Source: Patescibacteria group bacterium (GTDB lineage: Bacteria > Patescibacteriota > Patescibacteriia > Patescibacteriales > UBA12465). Taken from it: 61,189 bases of DNA. Shown here in pieces: positions 1 through 8,137 of this stretch (its first letter is position 1; each line of letters opens with the position of its first letter). The position numbers and the translations under genes were made by a program. The notes beneath the pieces were generated by a model, which was given only the letters and a program-made list of their open reading frames with translations, had not been told where the DNA came from and did no database searches. Location of the stretch: assembly GCA_028681575.1 (NCBI GenBank), contig JAQUHX010000003.1, positions 1-61,189 of the forward strand. Direction: 5' to 3'.

Positions 1-532
1 CGGGAAATGGTAATCTATTTAAATCTTTAATTAACTTCCGTCTTTTATTTATAATTATTCCAGACTTGGAACGATAAGCTAACCCAAGAAGATTATTCCA
101 TTTTTTTCCAGATAACAAAAATTCGGCCAATTTCTTAAAGGTAACTTCCCCTTCACCCATAATAACAAAATCAGCTGAAGGCATTGACTCTAAAGCTCGA
201 TTGATTTGCAGGGTTGGGAAATAACTACCAATACAAACTGGTGGGATATTTTTCATTTTTTCTTTTAAAACTTGGCAGGTTTTCTCACACCAGCTAATAC
301 CATCTTTAGCTATAACAGAAAAACCAATTAAAAATGGATTAAATTTAGATACTTTTAAAGCAACGTCTTCCGGGCTACTGTTTTCCAGGCGAGCATCAAT
401 AACCATTAACTCGAAACCAGCTTGCCGTAAATAAGAAGCCAAACAGCCCAAGCCTAAATTTTCCCGAGAAAAAGTTCCTTGAACATAATTGCCACGATTA
501 TTGGCACTGATTAAAATTATTTTATTGTTCAT
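1..532 (-). CDS. B12-binding-domain radical SAM protein, N-terminal ~177 aa (start present; the rest runs off the window)
   Basis: Own translation of the reverse strand from ATG at 532-530: MNNKIILISANNRGNYVQGTFSRENLGLGCLASYLRQAGFELMVIDARLENSSPEDV...FLIGFSV...CIGSYFPT...DFVIMGEGEVTFKKLAEFL...LLGLAYRSKSG...DLNRLPFP. This is the cobalamin-binding N-domain pattern that precedes radical SAM cores. It is missing from the ORF track only because it is open at the edge. Confidence 0.7.
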   Translation of the reverse strand, partial: MNNKIILISANNRGNYVQGTFSRENLGLGCLASYLRQAGFELMVIDARLENSSPEDVALKVSKFNPFLIGFSVIAKDGISWCEKTCQVLKEKMKNIPPVCIGSYFPTLQINRALESMPSADFVIMGEGEVTFKKLAEFLLSGKKWNNLLGLAYRSKSGIIINKRRKLIKDLNRLPFP

Positions 533-570
533 TTTTTTAAAAAAACTGGACAACACTTAATGCTATCCAG

Positions 571-993
571 TTAATAAATCCACTGATTAGCTTCAACTCC
601 TAGAAGCAATTTAGTTTCTCTAACAAAAGTTCTCTGATTACTTGTTGAATGAATAACATTCTCTCTTAAAGATGTAGCAAATTTGCCTCTAATAGTAAGA
701 TTTGGGTTCAACAAACTACTGTACCCACCCACAATTGATTGCAAATTATAAATAGCATCCTCCCCTTCAACAATAAATATTTCCACCTCACCAGAAAGCA
801 TATACTTAATAAGACTAGGATAAAAATCCATAGCGATCCAGTCTTGGTATAGCCCCTCTGCTAATCCGAGGTCTAATTGTATTCTTTTTTTAAATACAAT
901 TTTCAAATTAGAGGCGATGATCATGTCATACACCTCAGTTTCCAGTTTGCGCTTTAAGCAATCCGGTTTTAAAATACCGAGTCCGTACGACAT
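571..993 (-). CDS. ndk: nucleoside diphosphate kinase family protein (divergent)
   Basis: 140 aa. GILKPD near the N-terminus, LTIRGKFA and NVIHSTS (NxxH active-site context) match the NDK pattern. AGGAGG Shine-Dalgarno (rc of 1001-1006) lies 7 nt upstream of the ATG. Confidence 0.7.
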   Translation of the reverse strand: MSYGLGILKPDCLKRKLETEVYDMIIASNLKIVFKKRIQLDLGLAEGLYQDWIAMDFYPSLIKYMLSGEVEIFIVEGEDAIYNLQSIVGGYSSLLNPNLTIRGKFATSLRENVIHSTSNQRTFVRETKLLLGVEANQWIY

Positions 994-1070
994 GTTTATA
1001 CCTCCTATTTTTTAATGATACTTTATTTAATTATATATTGCTCAAAAAATACGCATCTGTCAATAGTAAA

Positions 1071-1093
1071 AGAGCCTCCAAAATGGAGACTCT
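1071..1093 (-). terminator. hairpin downstream of the RNase J gene, probable intrinsic terminator
   Basis: agagcctcc / aaaat / ggagactct forms a 9-bp stem with one mismatch, flanked by T-rich sequence on both strands. It sits between the rnj stop (1100) and the ndk start (993). Confidence 0.45.
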
Positions 1094-1099
1094 TTTTAA

Positions 1100-3175
1100 T
1101 TAAACTTTTATAATCACCGGCAAAACCATTGGACGTCTTTTTGTTTGATTAAAAAGGAATTGTCCAATATCATTACGAATCTTGCCTTTAAGAGTCTCAT
1201 CAGTCAAACCAAGTCCTTTTTCTTTAATTATCTTTTTCACGCGCTGCCGAGTTTTTTCAATTAATTCCCGGTTTTCCTTCATATGGACAAAGCCTCGCGA
1301 AATTAAATCCGGATTACCAATAACATCACTGGTGTGTGAGTCAATAGTCGCGATAACAACAATCATTCCATCTTCAGCCATCATTCGTCGATCACGCAAA
1401 ACAACTTCTGAAACATCGCCAACCCCCAAGCCATCAACCATCACATAATCACTAGGAACTTTTTCTTTAGTCAATGTTCCAACCGCCTCTTGACCGCGAC
1501 GACGAAAATCAACCACCTGACCATTATCAGCAACAAAAATTCTATCATTAGGAATACCAACTTCACGGGCTAACTCAGCGTGAGTTTCGAGCATATAATG
1601 GTTAGCTTCAATTGGCATAAAATATTGAGGTTTCAAAAGACGCATAACCAACTTCAAATCCTCTGCTTTGGCATGACCACCGGCGTGAATATCTAACATC
1701 CGATAATGAATAATCTTAGCTCCCTGTCGAGAAACCCTATCCATCAAATTTTGAATAGAGCGTTCGTTACCGGGAATAGCTGAAGAAGAAAATAAAACAG
1801 TATCACCGCGCTTCAAACTTACAACCCGATGCTCACCGGAAACAACGCGGCTTAAAAAAGCATTACTCTCTCCTTGGGCGCCAGTGCCAACAATAATTAT
1901 TTTATTATCCGGCAGCTTATTTAACTCTTTATCATCAACTAACAGCTTTGGATTGAATTTGAGGTAACCAATTTCCCGAGCGACCTCAACATTAGAGTTC
2001 ATGCTGCGCCCCTGCAAAGAGACGAGGCGACCATGTTGAGCGGCTAAATCAAAAATTTTCTGGATTCTGGCCAGTTGCGAAGCAAAAGTTGCGATAATAA
2101 TCCGACCTTCAATTTTTTCAAACAACTGCCCCATCTCCTCACCGATGTGCGACTCGGAAACTTGGTGCCCCGGATGAGTAGCATCGGTTGAATCAGACAT
2201 TAATAACAAAATTCCTCGAGCACCAACCTGGGCCATCTTATTAAGATCAGCCGGCTGATCGTTTACTGGACTAAAATCTATTTTAAAGTCTCCTGTATGA
2301 AAAACTGTTCCCAAAGGAGTATTAATAATTGTCGCGAAGCAATCAGGAATAGAGTGGTTAACGCGCATAAACTCCAAATTGAAATTTTGACCCAATTTTA
2401 ATTTAGTCGTACCATCAATTTCTTTAATTTTCAATTTGGGAGCTGTTTTATATTCCAAGTGACGCTTACGCACCAACCCAGCCGTCAACTTCCCCATAAA
2501 CATTGGCGGATTACCAATTTCGCCCATAATATGAGGAATACCACCAATATGATCATAGTGACCATGACTGATGACTACACCCTTAATCCAATTTTTCTTA
2601 TCCTTAAGATAAGAAACATTAGGAATAATATAATCAATTCCTGGCATATCTTCTTCTGGGAATTGGAGCCCCATATCAATAATGATAATTTCCTGGTTGC
2701 ATTCAATCAGAGTCATGTTTCGACCAACTTCTTCTAGGCCACCTAAAACCATTATTCGCAAATTATCACCACCGCTTTGCCGATTTAAAATCGGCTTTAA
2801 GGTCACCCCCTCAGCAGGTGTTTCTTTTGCTTGCTTAGCGGTAAAACCACGCGATTTTGAAATTCGGGAAGAATCTTTTTTTGAAGCTGAAAATGATTTT
2901 TTTAAATCCGTTCCGCTTTTCTCCGAAACCGCCCCACTTAAAGAATGATTCTGATTTTTAGGTTTCCAAGAAGAATAATTTTTACCGTAATGCTGACTAG
3001 TCTTTAATTTTCCTGACGATTTATTGGCATCCCAACCAGGAGTGGGCTGCATTAAAGAATTCATATCCAAGGGATCTGCTTTTTTAGAATTACGAAAAAC
3101 TAAAGCGTCATCCGCACTTTGCTTGGCAACCGTAGACGTTTGACGTATCGGCGCCGATTTATATTTACTAATCAT
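1100..3175 (-). CDS. rnj: ribonuclease J with a long N-terminal low-complexity extension
   Basis: 691 aa. Metallo-beta-lactamase motif VISHGHYDHIGG. The core begins LRIMVLGGLEEVGRNMTLIE, as RNase J proteins do. Length and C-terminal region fit RNase J. About 140 Lys/Ser-rich residues precede the core. Confidence 0.9.
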   Translation of the reverse strand: MISKYKSAPIRQTSTVAKQSADDALVFRNSKKADPLDMNSLMQPTPGWDANKSSGKLKTSQHYGKNYSSWKPKNQNHSLSGAVSEKSGTDLKKSFSASKKDSSRISKSRGFTAKQAKETPAEGVTLKPILNRQSGGDNLRIMVLGGLEEVGRNMTLIECNQEIIIIDMGLQFPEEDMPGIDYIIPNVSYLKDKKNWIKGVVISHGHYDHIGGIPHIMGEIGNPPMFMGKLTAGLVRKRHLEYKTAPKLKIKEIDGTTKLKLGQNFNLEFMRVNHSIPDCFATIINTPLGTVFHTGDFKIDFSPVNDQPADLNKMAQVGARGILLLMSDSTDATHPGHQVSESHIGEEMGQLFEKIEGRIIIATFASQLARIQKIFDLAAQHGRLVSLQGRSMNSNVEVAREIGYLKFNPKLLVDDKELNKLPDNKIIIVGTGAQGESNAFLSRVVSGEHRVVSLKRGDTVLFSSSAIPGNERSIQNLMDRVSRQGAKIIHYRMLDIHAGGHAKAEDLKLVMRLLKPQYFMPIEANHYMLETHAELAREVGIPNDRIFVADNGQVVDFRRRGQEAVGTLTKEKVPSDYVMVDGLGVGDVSEVVLRDRRMMAEDGMIVVIATIDSHTSDVIGNPDLISRGFVHMKENRELIEKTRQRVKKIIKEKGLGLTDETLKGKIRNDIGQFLFNQTKRRPMVLPVIIKV

Positions 3176-3260
3176 GATAGAGAGAAGCTCCTAAACAAAA
3201 AAATGAAATTAAAACTTTTTTAAAAAGAGCTTGTTTTATTTTTATTTATAAAGAAAATTT

Positions 3261-5201
3261 TTAACGAGAAAATTTAGCCCGAGATTTCAAAAACCAACCA
3301 GTGATTCCACTAAAGCGATGGCTTGGAGAGATGGCTGCGCTAGCAGAAAAACCTTTAACTTTTTTATCTTGAACAAAAATGTAATTTTTTTGATAGAGGG
3401 GAATTGCCGGCACCTCATCGGCAACAATCCTTTGGACTTCGCGATAATCATACCAACGCGCATTTACGTCTGGATTAGTTCGGGCGTCACTTAAAAGGTT
3501 ATCTACATCAGTGTTTTTATAGCTAGCAATATTTAAGCCGTCTTTAATTTGACTAGAGTGCCAGAAAGGGAAAATATCAGAATCAGCTCCGCTCGTTTGG
3601 CCAAAAATAAAAGCCTCAAAAGCGCGATCATTAATTAAAGCGCTAAGCTCAGAAACAGTAATTGTCTCTAAAACCGTGCGAACCCCTAAAGCCCCCCAAC
3701 TTTGAGCAATAAATTCACCCGCTGGTTGCGCTGGCCGGCCACTAACAGTTGTTAAACGAATCGTTAATAAGGTGACTTTATCGTCATCTTTTTTAAAACG
3801 CCATTCGCCTTTAGGATCTTGATTGTTAGCAGCGGCAAAATCTAAAACCGCCTTAATTTCAGGAGTGCTTGTTGCTTCGATATTATCCTCGTTGATTGTT
3901 AATTTTTCCCAACCAGCTACACCTAACAATCTATCAGCTTCTTCTTGATTAAAGGGGTACTTAGTAATCTCCTCATTATGAGCCTCCGACAACCGAGACA
4001 AGACACTATCTGTTGGTTCGTAAAAACCTGAAAAAATTTCATCAACTAAAGCCTGCTTATCGATAGCGTGAGCCAAAGCGCGCCGAACATTAAGTTCGGC
4101 TAAATTTTTATTTTTTTCAGAGTTAAAGAAAATTAAATCTTCTTGATTAGTTTCTAAAACGTGAAAATTTAAAGAACTTTGAGCAATCAAAGAAGTTTTC
4201 TGCTCTAAGGATAGAGAGCTAATCCCAAAAACATCACCATCATTTAAAGCGGCCACCAAAGAACTTGCATCTGGATAAAAACGGAAAATCACTTGTTCAA
4301 TAAAAGGTTTAGCCTCGTAATAATCAGGATTAGCCACCAGGCGATATTCTTTTATTTCTCCCTGCTTACTGCGCACAATTGAAGCAAATTTATAAGGGCC
4401 GGAGCCAATTGGTTCTAAATTTAATTCATTTAAAGCGGCGAACTCCGGAGCGATGTTTTCCCAAATATTTTGAGGCATGATGCCGAAAGTTAATAAATGC
4501 GGAAAACCAACATAAACAATCGGCAAAGAGAACTTAATTTGATTATCAGCTACTTTTTCAATCGTCACTCCTAAAAATTCCTGTTGCCAAGGAGAGTTAT
4601 AATCAGGATTATTTAACAGATTAAAAGTAAAAACAACATCATCTACTGTTAAATTTTCTCCGTTATGCCACTTAACATTGGGACGCAAAGTAACTAAAAA
4701 GTTTTTATTATCTGTAGTCTCAATCTTTTCAGCTAAATCGCTAAGCAAACGACCATCAACTCCATATTTAAATAAACTAGAAAAAATAAGTTGCCCTAAA
4801 TCCTGATCGGCTGGTCGAGCCGCACTATAAAGAGGGTTAATATTACGCGGATAGCCAATAACACCTTCATAGTAAATGCCTCCAGTAACAGGCTCTAAGG
4901 TAGTATTTTCGCGCCAAAGATAAAAAGCTAAATAAGCTAAGCCTAAAAAAACTAAAAACAAGGCCCCGCGGATTAACCAACTTTCTTTAGGGCTTAATGT
5001 TTTTTTTAGATGTTTCATCTGCTCACTATTTGGAATTTTAGAACTGGCCAAAGAGTAAACCAAATCTTTATCAGCTCGTTCTTTTGATAAACGTAAACTA
5101 CGCTTAAGCTTTAAGCGTTTAGATTTAAAAATTTTAGCAAAGCGGTGCTTAGTTTTTCCCCAAACAGCCGCCAGTCTTTTTTTAGCTTTACGAGATTTCA
5201 C
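3261..5201 (-). CDS. ABC-type substrate-binding protein, family 5 (OppA/DppA-like), membrane-anchored
   Basis: The track ORF is 3261-5264, but its first 18 codons overlap secG. A GTG at 5201-5199 or the ATG at 5018-5016 (MKHLKK...) is a more likely start. It has a basic N-tail, one TM (WLIRGALFLVFLGLAYLAFYLW), then a ~560 aa domain with the typical family-5 SBP pattern (VKWHNGENLTVDDVVFTF, GSGPYKF). Confidence 0.8.
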   Translation of the reverse strand: MKSRKAKKRLAAVWGKTKHRFAKIFKSKRLKLKRSLRLSKERADKDLVYSLASSKIPNSEQMKHLKKTLSPKESWLIRGALFLVFLGLAYLAFYLWRENTTLEPVTGGIYYEGVIGYPRNINPLYSAARPADQDLGQLIFSSLFKYGVDGRLLSDLAEKIETTDNKNFLVTLRPNVKWHNGENLTVDDVVFTFNLLNNPDYNSPWQQEFLGVTIEKVADNQIKFSLPIVYVGFPHLLTFGIMPQNIWENIAPEFAALNELNLEPIGSGPYKFASIVRSKQGEIKEYRLVANPDYYEAKPFIEQVIFRFYPDASSLVAALNDGDVFGISSLSLEQKTSLIAQSSLNFHVLETNQEDLIFFNSEKNKNLAELNVRRALAHAIDKQALVDEIFSGFYEPTDSVLSRLSEAHNEEITKYPFNQEEADRLLGVAGWEKLTINEDNIEATSTPEIKAVLDFAAANNQDPKGEWRFKKDDDKVTLLTIRLTTVSGRPAQPAGEFIAQSWGALGVRTVLETITVSELSALINDRAFEAFIFGQTSGADSDIFPFWHSSQIKDGLNIASYKNTDVDNLLSDARTNPDVNARWYDYREVQRIVADEVPAIPLYQKNYIFVQDKKVKGFSASAAISPSHRFSGITGWFLKSRAKFSR

Positions 5202-5211
5202 GAGAACCGGA

Positions 5212-5424
5212 TTAGAGAATAATGCCGAGCACGGAAACAGCAAAGAAAAGTATCGCCAAAACAATAGTGGCGATGAAGAGTTTTTTTTCTAAACCGCGCT
5301 TAGTTAAATAAACACCACCCGAACCACCAAAGGTTGAGCCGAGGCCAGTGCCCCGATTTTGCAATAAAACCACCAAAATCAAGAGCAGAGAAATGACTAG
5401 TTGAGCTATTTTAATCCAAGTCAT
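5212..5424 (-). CDS. secG: preprotein translocase subunit SecG
   Basis: 70 aa with two TM helices and the characteristic LLQNRGTGLGSTFGGSGG glycine-rich loop. Confidence 0.85.
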   Translation of the reverse strand: MTWIKIAQLVISLLLILVVLLQNRGTGLGSTFGGSGGVYLTKRGLEKKLFIATIVLAILFFAVSVLGIIL

Positions 5425-5427
5425 AAT

Positions 5428-5775
5428 TTATTTTTTTACTTCCGCGACAATCTTTTCCAGTACCGGTTTATTGTTGACCGCCAATTCGGCCAAAACCTTA
5501 CGGTTGAGATCAATATTTTTCGCTTTTAAGGCTCCCATGAATCGAGAATAAGACCAGCCTTGCTCGCGAACAAAAGCACTAATTTTAATTTGCCACAAAG
5601 CCCGACGATCACGTTTTTTCTTGCGACGATCAACATAAGCATGCGCCCCAGCCAGGGTGCGTGCTGTTTGAGCAAGCTTGATTAAATTTTTACGACCCCA
5701 TTTATAGCCTTTGGTATCGGCTAAAATATTTTTTCGTCGTTTAACATGAGAGACTCCTCTTTTTACTCTAGGCAT
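5428..5775 (-). CDS. rplT: 50S ribosomal protein L20
   Basis: 115 aa, MPRVKRGVSHVKRRKNIL... is the canonical L20 N-terminus. It is last in the infC-rpmI-rplT order. Confidence 0.97.
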   Translation of the reverse strand: MPRVKRGVSHVKRRKNILADTKGYKWGRKNLIKLAQTARTLAGAHAYVDRRKKKRDRRALWQIKISAFVREQGWSYSRFMGALKAKNIDLNRKVLAELAVNNKPVLEKIVAEVKK

Positions 5776-5799
5776 ACAATGTCAACTTTATTCTTTTAA

Positions 5800-5997
5800 T
5801 TATTTAAATTGCGCTAAAGTTTTGACAGTTTTCGTCAAAGAATCTGTTAGCGTGATATCATTTCGCTTATTCCGGGTAGTTTTCCCCGATTCACGAAAAT
5901 TATTATGCGCTTGTCCGGTTTTCCGTTTCAGCACTTTTTTTCCGCCCGTTGCCTTAAAGCGTTTGGACGTAGCTTGATGGGTTTTTATTTTTGGCAT
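5800..5997 (-). CDS. rpmI: 50S ribosomal protein L35
   Basis: 65 aa, MPKIKTHQATSKRFKATGGKKVLRK-like basic sequence, located between infC and rplT. Confidence 0.95.
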   Translation of the reverse strand: MPKIKTHQATSKRFKATGGKKVLKRKTGQAHNNFRESGKTTRNKRNDITLTDSLTKTVKTLAQFK

Positions 5998-6035
5998 ATT
6001 TCAAGAAAAAAACAGGTCTAAACCTGATTTAAGGG

Positions 6036-6596
6036 CTAAGATGGTTTTTTATTTACCAGTATCATACTAAACCGACCCCCCTGTTTTGTCAATGGTTGCT
6101 CAGCCTCAACATTTAAATCTTCAATGGACTGGAGCTTTGCTAAAAAGTCATTCATAATTGCCGCTGCTTTCTGTGGGTATTGTCTTTCTCGCCCCTTAAG
6201 CGGCAACTCAATTTTAATCTTATCCCCCTTACCTAAAAACTTAGCGGACTGGTTTAAACGCAACTCTAAATCGTGATCACTAATTCTAAAAGAAAGACGA
6301 ATTGCTTTAACATCAACTTTCTTTTGCTGCATCTTCTGTTTATGAGCTTTTTTGTCCCGCTCATACTTAAGTTGTCCTAAATCAACAATTTTAGCAACCG
6401 GAGGATTAGCCTTAGGGTTAACCTCAACTAAATCCAAATCTACCTCCTTAGCCATTTCTAAAGCAAGTTTGGTGGCCATTACCCCCAATTGTTCACCCGT
6501 TTCATCAATTAAAAAAACTTGCTCCGAAAGAATTTTTTCGTTAGCTTTAAATAAAACAACCTCTTTTGCTTCGGTGCGGTGAAATTTAATGCGCAT
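6036..6596 (-). CDS. infC: translation initiation factor IF-3
   Basis: FLIDETGEQLGVM..ALEMAKEVDLDLVEV...PVAKIVDLGQLKYE and the C-domain KAIRLSFRISDHDL match IF-3. The track ORF extends to 6683, but the ATG at 6596-6594 (MRIKFH...) fits IF-3 length better. The start is uncertain because IF-3 genes often use unusual start codons. Confidence 0.9.
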   Translation of the reverse strand: MRIKFHRTEAKEVVLFKANEKILSEQVFLIDETGEQLGVMATKLALEMAKEVDLDLVEVNPKANPPVAKIVDLGQLKYERDKKAHKQKMQQKKVDVKAIRLSFRISDHDLELRLNQSAKFLGKGDKIKIELPLKGRERQYPQKAAAIMNDFLAKLQSIEDLNVEAEQPLTKQGGRFSMILVNKKPS

Positions 6597-6698
6597 GATT
6601 TTTGCTGATAAATAATTTTTAGTCTCTTCTTTATAGCTAAAAAACCTTAGAAAGTCAAGAAAAAAACTTTTTTTAATCAACAAACTAAAGAAAAAAGG

Positions 6699-6770
6699 AG
6701 CGGGTAAAGGGAATCGAACCCTCCTCTCAACCTTGGGAAGGTTGCATAATAGCCACTATACGATACCCGC
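6699..6770 (-). tRNA. tRNA-Gly (anticodon CCC)
   Basis: Hand-folded cloverleaf on the reverse strand: acceptor gcgggta/tacccgc, anticodon stem caacc/ggttg with loop ttCCCaa, T-arm ggagggttcgattccctt. No encoded CCA. Confidence 0.9.
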
Positions 6771-7469
6771 CTAATACCACCATTTTAACCCAATTAAATA
6801 AATTATCCAAATATGTAAAGGATAAAATAGATAAAAAAAGTACTTTAGTGCCGGAGCACTCTTACCGCGTTGTCCGTTATAAAGCCACAAAAGAGGCAGA
6901 GAAAAAATCATTAACCACTGATAGTTGGCGTTTCCGGAAAAACCAATTTTCCAAAAAATAATTTGCCAGGCAAGCGCCCAAAAAACAAAAACTGGAAACA
7001 ACACTGACCAGCGCTGACGGGTAAAATAAAAAATCAAAGTGACCCCGAGAAGCATCCAGGACCCCTCAACAAAAAAGAATAAACAAACAATTATTGGTAA
7101 AGAAAAAAGAGCTAATAGATTAAAATTATTTTCTTTTAAAGCTTCAAAAGCAATCATTAAAGCAACTGACAGCGCCAAGGGCCAGAAAATATTAATATTA
7201 ATCAAAACTGGTGCCGGAAGAAAATGATTAAGCAAGCCGCTACCAAGAGACATTATAATTCCCCCAGAAATTAAGCGCCCCAAATAACGCCAGCGATTAC
7301 GAGTATGCCAAAAACCTTCCACAAGTAAAAAGAAAAAAATTGAAGCGACGATTCTTCCTAAATAACTAAACCAATCAGGGGTGCCCTCCCAAAAATAGTG
7401 AAAATGATCTAAGACCATCAGGCTAGCCGCCAAAAATTTTAATTGCGTGGCATTGAGAAATTTCTTCAT
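6771..7469 (-). CDS. TraX-family integral membrane protein (putative acyltransferase)
   Basis: 232 aa, polytopic. The N-terminus LNATQLKFLAASLMVLDHFHYFW resembles the TraX family signature (LK..A...M.iDH). The stop codon directly abuts the tRNA-Gly(CCC) 5' end. Confidence 0.6.
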   Translation of the reverse strand: MKKFLNATQLKFLAASLMVLDHFHYFWEGTPDWFSYLGRIVASIFFFLLVEGFWHTRNRWRYLGRLISGGIIMSLGSGLLNHFLPAPVLININIFWPLALSVALMIAFEALKENNFNLLALFSLPIIVCLFFFVEGSWMLLGVTLIFYFTRQRWSVLFPVFVFWALAWQIIFWKIGFSGNANYQWLMIFSLPLLWLYNGQRGKSAPALKYFFYLFYPLHIWIIYLIGLKWWY

Positions 7470-7502
7470 AAAAAAACAGAGCCAAGTGTGGCCCTGTAAG
7501 TG

Positions 7503-7574
7503 AGCGGGTAACGAGAATCGAACTCGTCTCTCGACCTTGGCAAGGTCGCATAATAGCCACTATACGATACCCGC
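7503..7574 (-). tRNA. tRNA-Gly (anticodon GCC)
   Basis: Reverse-strand cloverleaf: acceptor gcgggta/tacccgc, anticodon stem cgacc/ggtcg with loop ttGCCaa. The first 27 nt are identical to tRNA-Gly(CCC). Confidence 0.9.
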
Positions 7575-7647
7575 ATCTGCTATATAGATATAGCAAATCT
7601 TCGTTTTAAAAACAAGAACAAAAACAGGGTTGTCTATACAACCGGAG

Positions 7648-7731
7648 TGCCGCGGGCGGGAATCGAACCCGCACTGTGTCGCCACAACTGGATTTTAAGT
7701 CCAGCGCGTCTACCAATTCCGCCACCGCGGC
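7648..7731 (-). tRNA. tRNA-Leu (anticodon TAA)
   Basis: Reverse strand: acceptor gccgcgg/ccgcggc, D-arm gcggaattggtagacgc, anticodon stem ctgga/tccag with loop ctTAAaa, long variable arm, T-arm gcgggttcgattcccgc. Confidence 0.9.
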
Positions 7732-7752
7732 TTTTTTAACTAACAAAACGAA

Positions 7753-8132
7753 GGTGGAGATGATGGGAGTTGAACCCATGTCTAACGAGTTTCCTCAGAT
7801 GCTGCTACAAAATTAGCTCGGTTATTTGGTTTCACTTCCTATCTCATTAACCAAGCAAAATAATAAGAAGTTAGCTTTCATTATTTTCAAGTTAGCAAAG
7901 AAAGCGCCTGCCAACCCTAATCTCCATAAATTACACCGGTGACTAACCCTGGAGAAATGTTAGGCCGATGGTTGTTGCTATTTAAGCTACAACAGGAGCA
8001 TAACTTGGAACGAACCAAGTAAATGCTTTCGCTTTTTTGGCGTTTGTTGTTTTGAGTCTTGATAACGCGGTAGACTCACCGCGTTTTGCACATCTAAGGG
8101 AATGGTCTCGCTATCGAAAGCCCGACATCCCC
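7753..8132 (-). ncRNA. ssrA: tmRNA (SsrA), one-piece
   Basis: The reverse strand starts ggggatgtcgggctttcgatagcg and ends gggttcaactcccatcatctccacc, a tRNA-Ala-like acceptor/T-arm. An internal tag-like frame reads ...gcc aaa aaa gcg aaa gca ttt act tgg ttc gtt cca agt tat gct cct gtt gta gct taa. It lies immediately upstream of smpB. Confidence 0.85.
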
Positions 8133-8137
8133 TAAAT

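Noticed and set aside
1182-2948. Plus-strand ORFs 1182-1448, 2459-2737 and 2682-2948 from the ORF track
   Set aside because: They lie entirely antisense to the well-supported RNase J gene, have low-complexity or odd composition, and carry no start context. They are typical shadow ORFs.
5202-5264. N-terminal extension of the family-5 SBP ORF overlapping secG by 53 nt
   Set aside because: The translation (MFWRYFSLLFPCSALFSNP) is just the alternative frame of the secG 3' end. A GTG at 5201 or the ATG at 5018 gives a non-overlapping gene.
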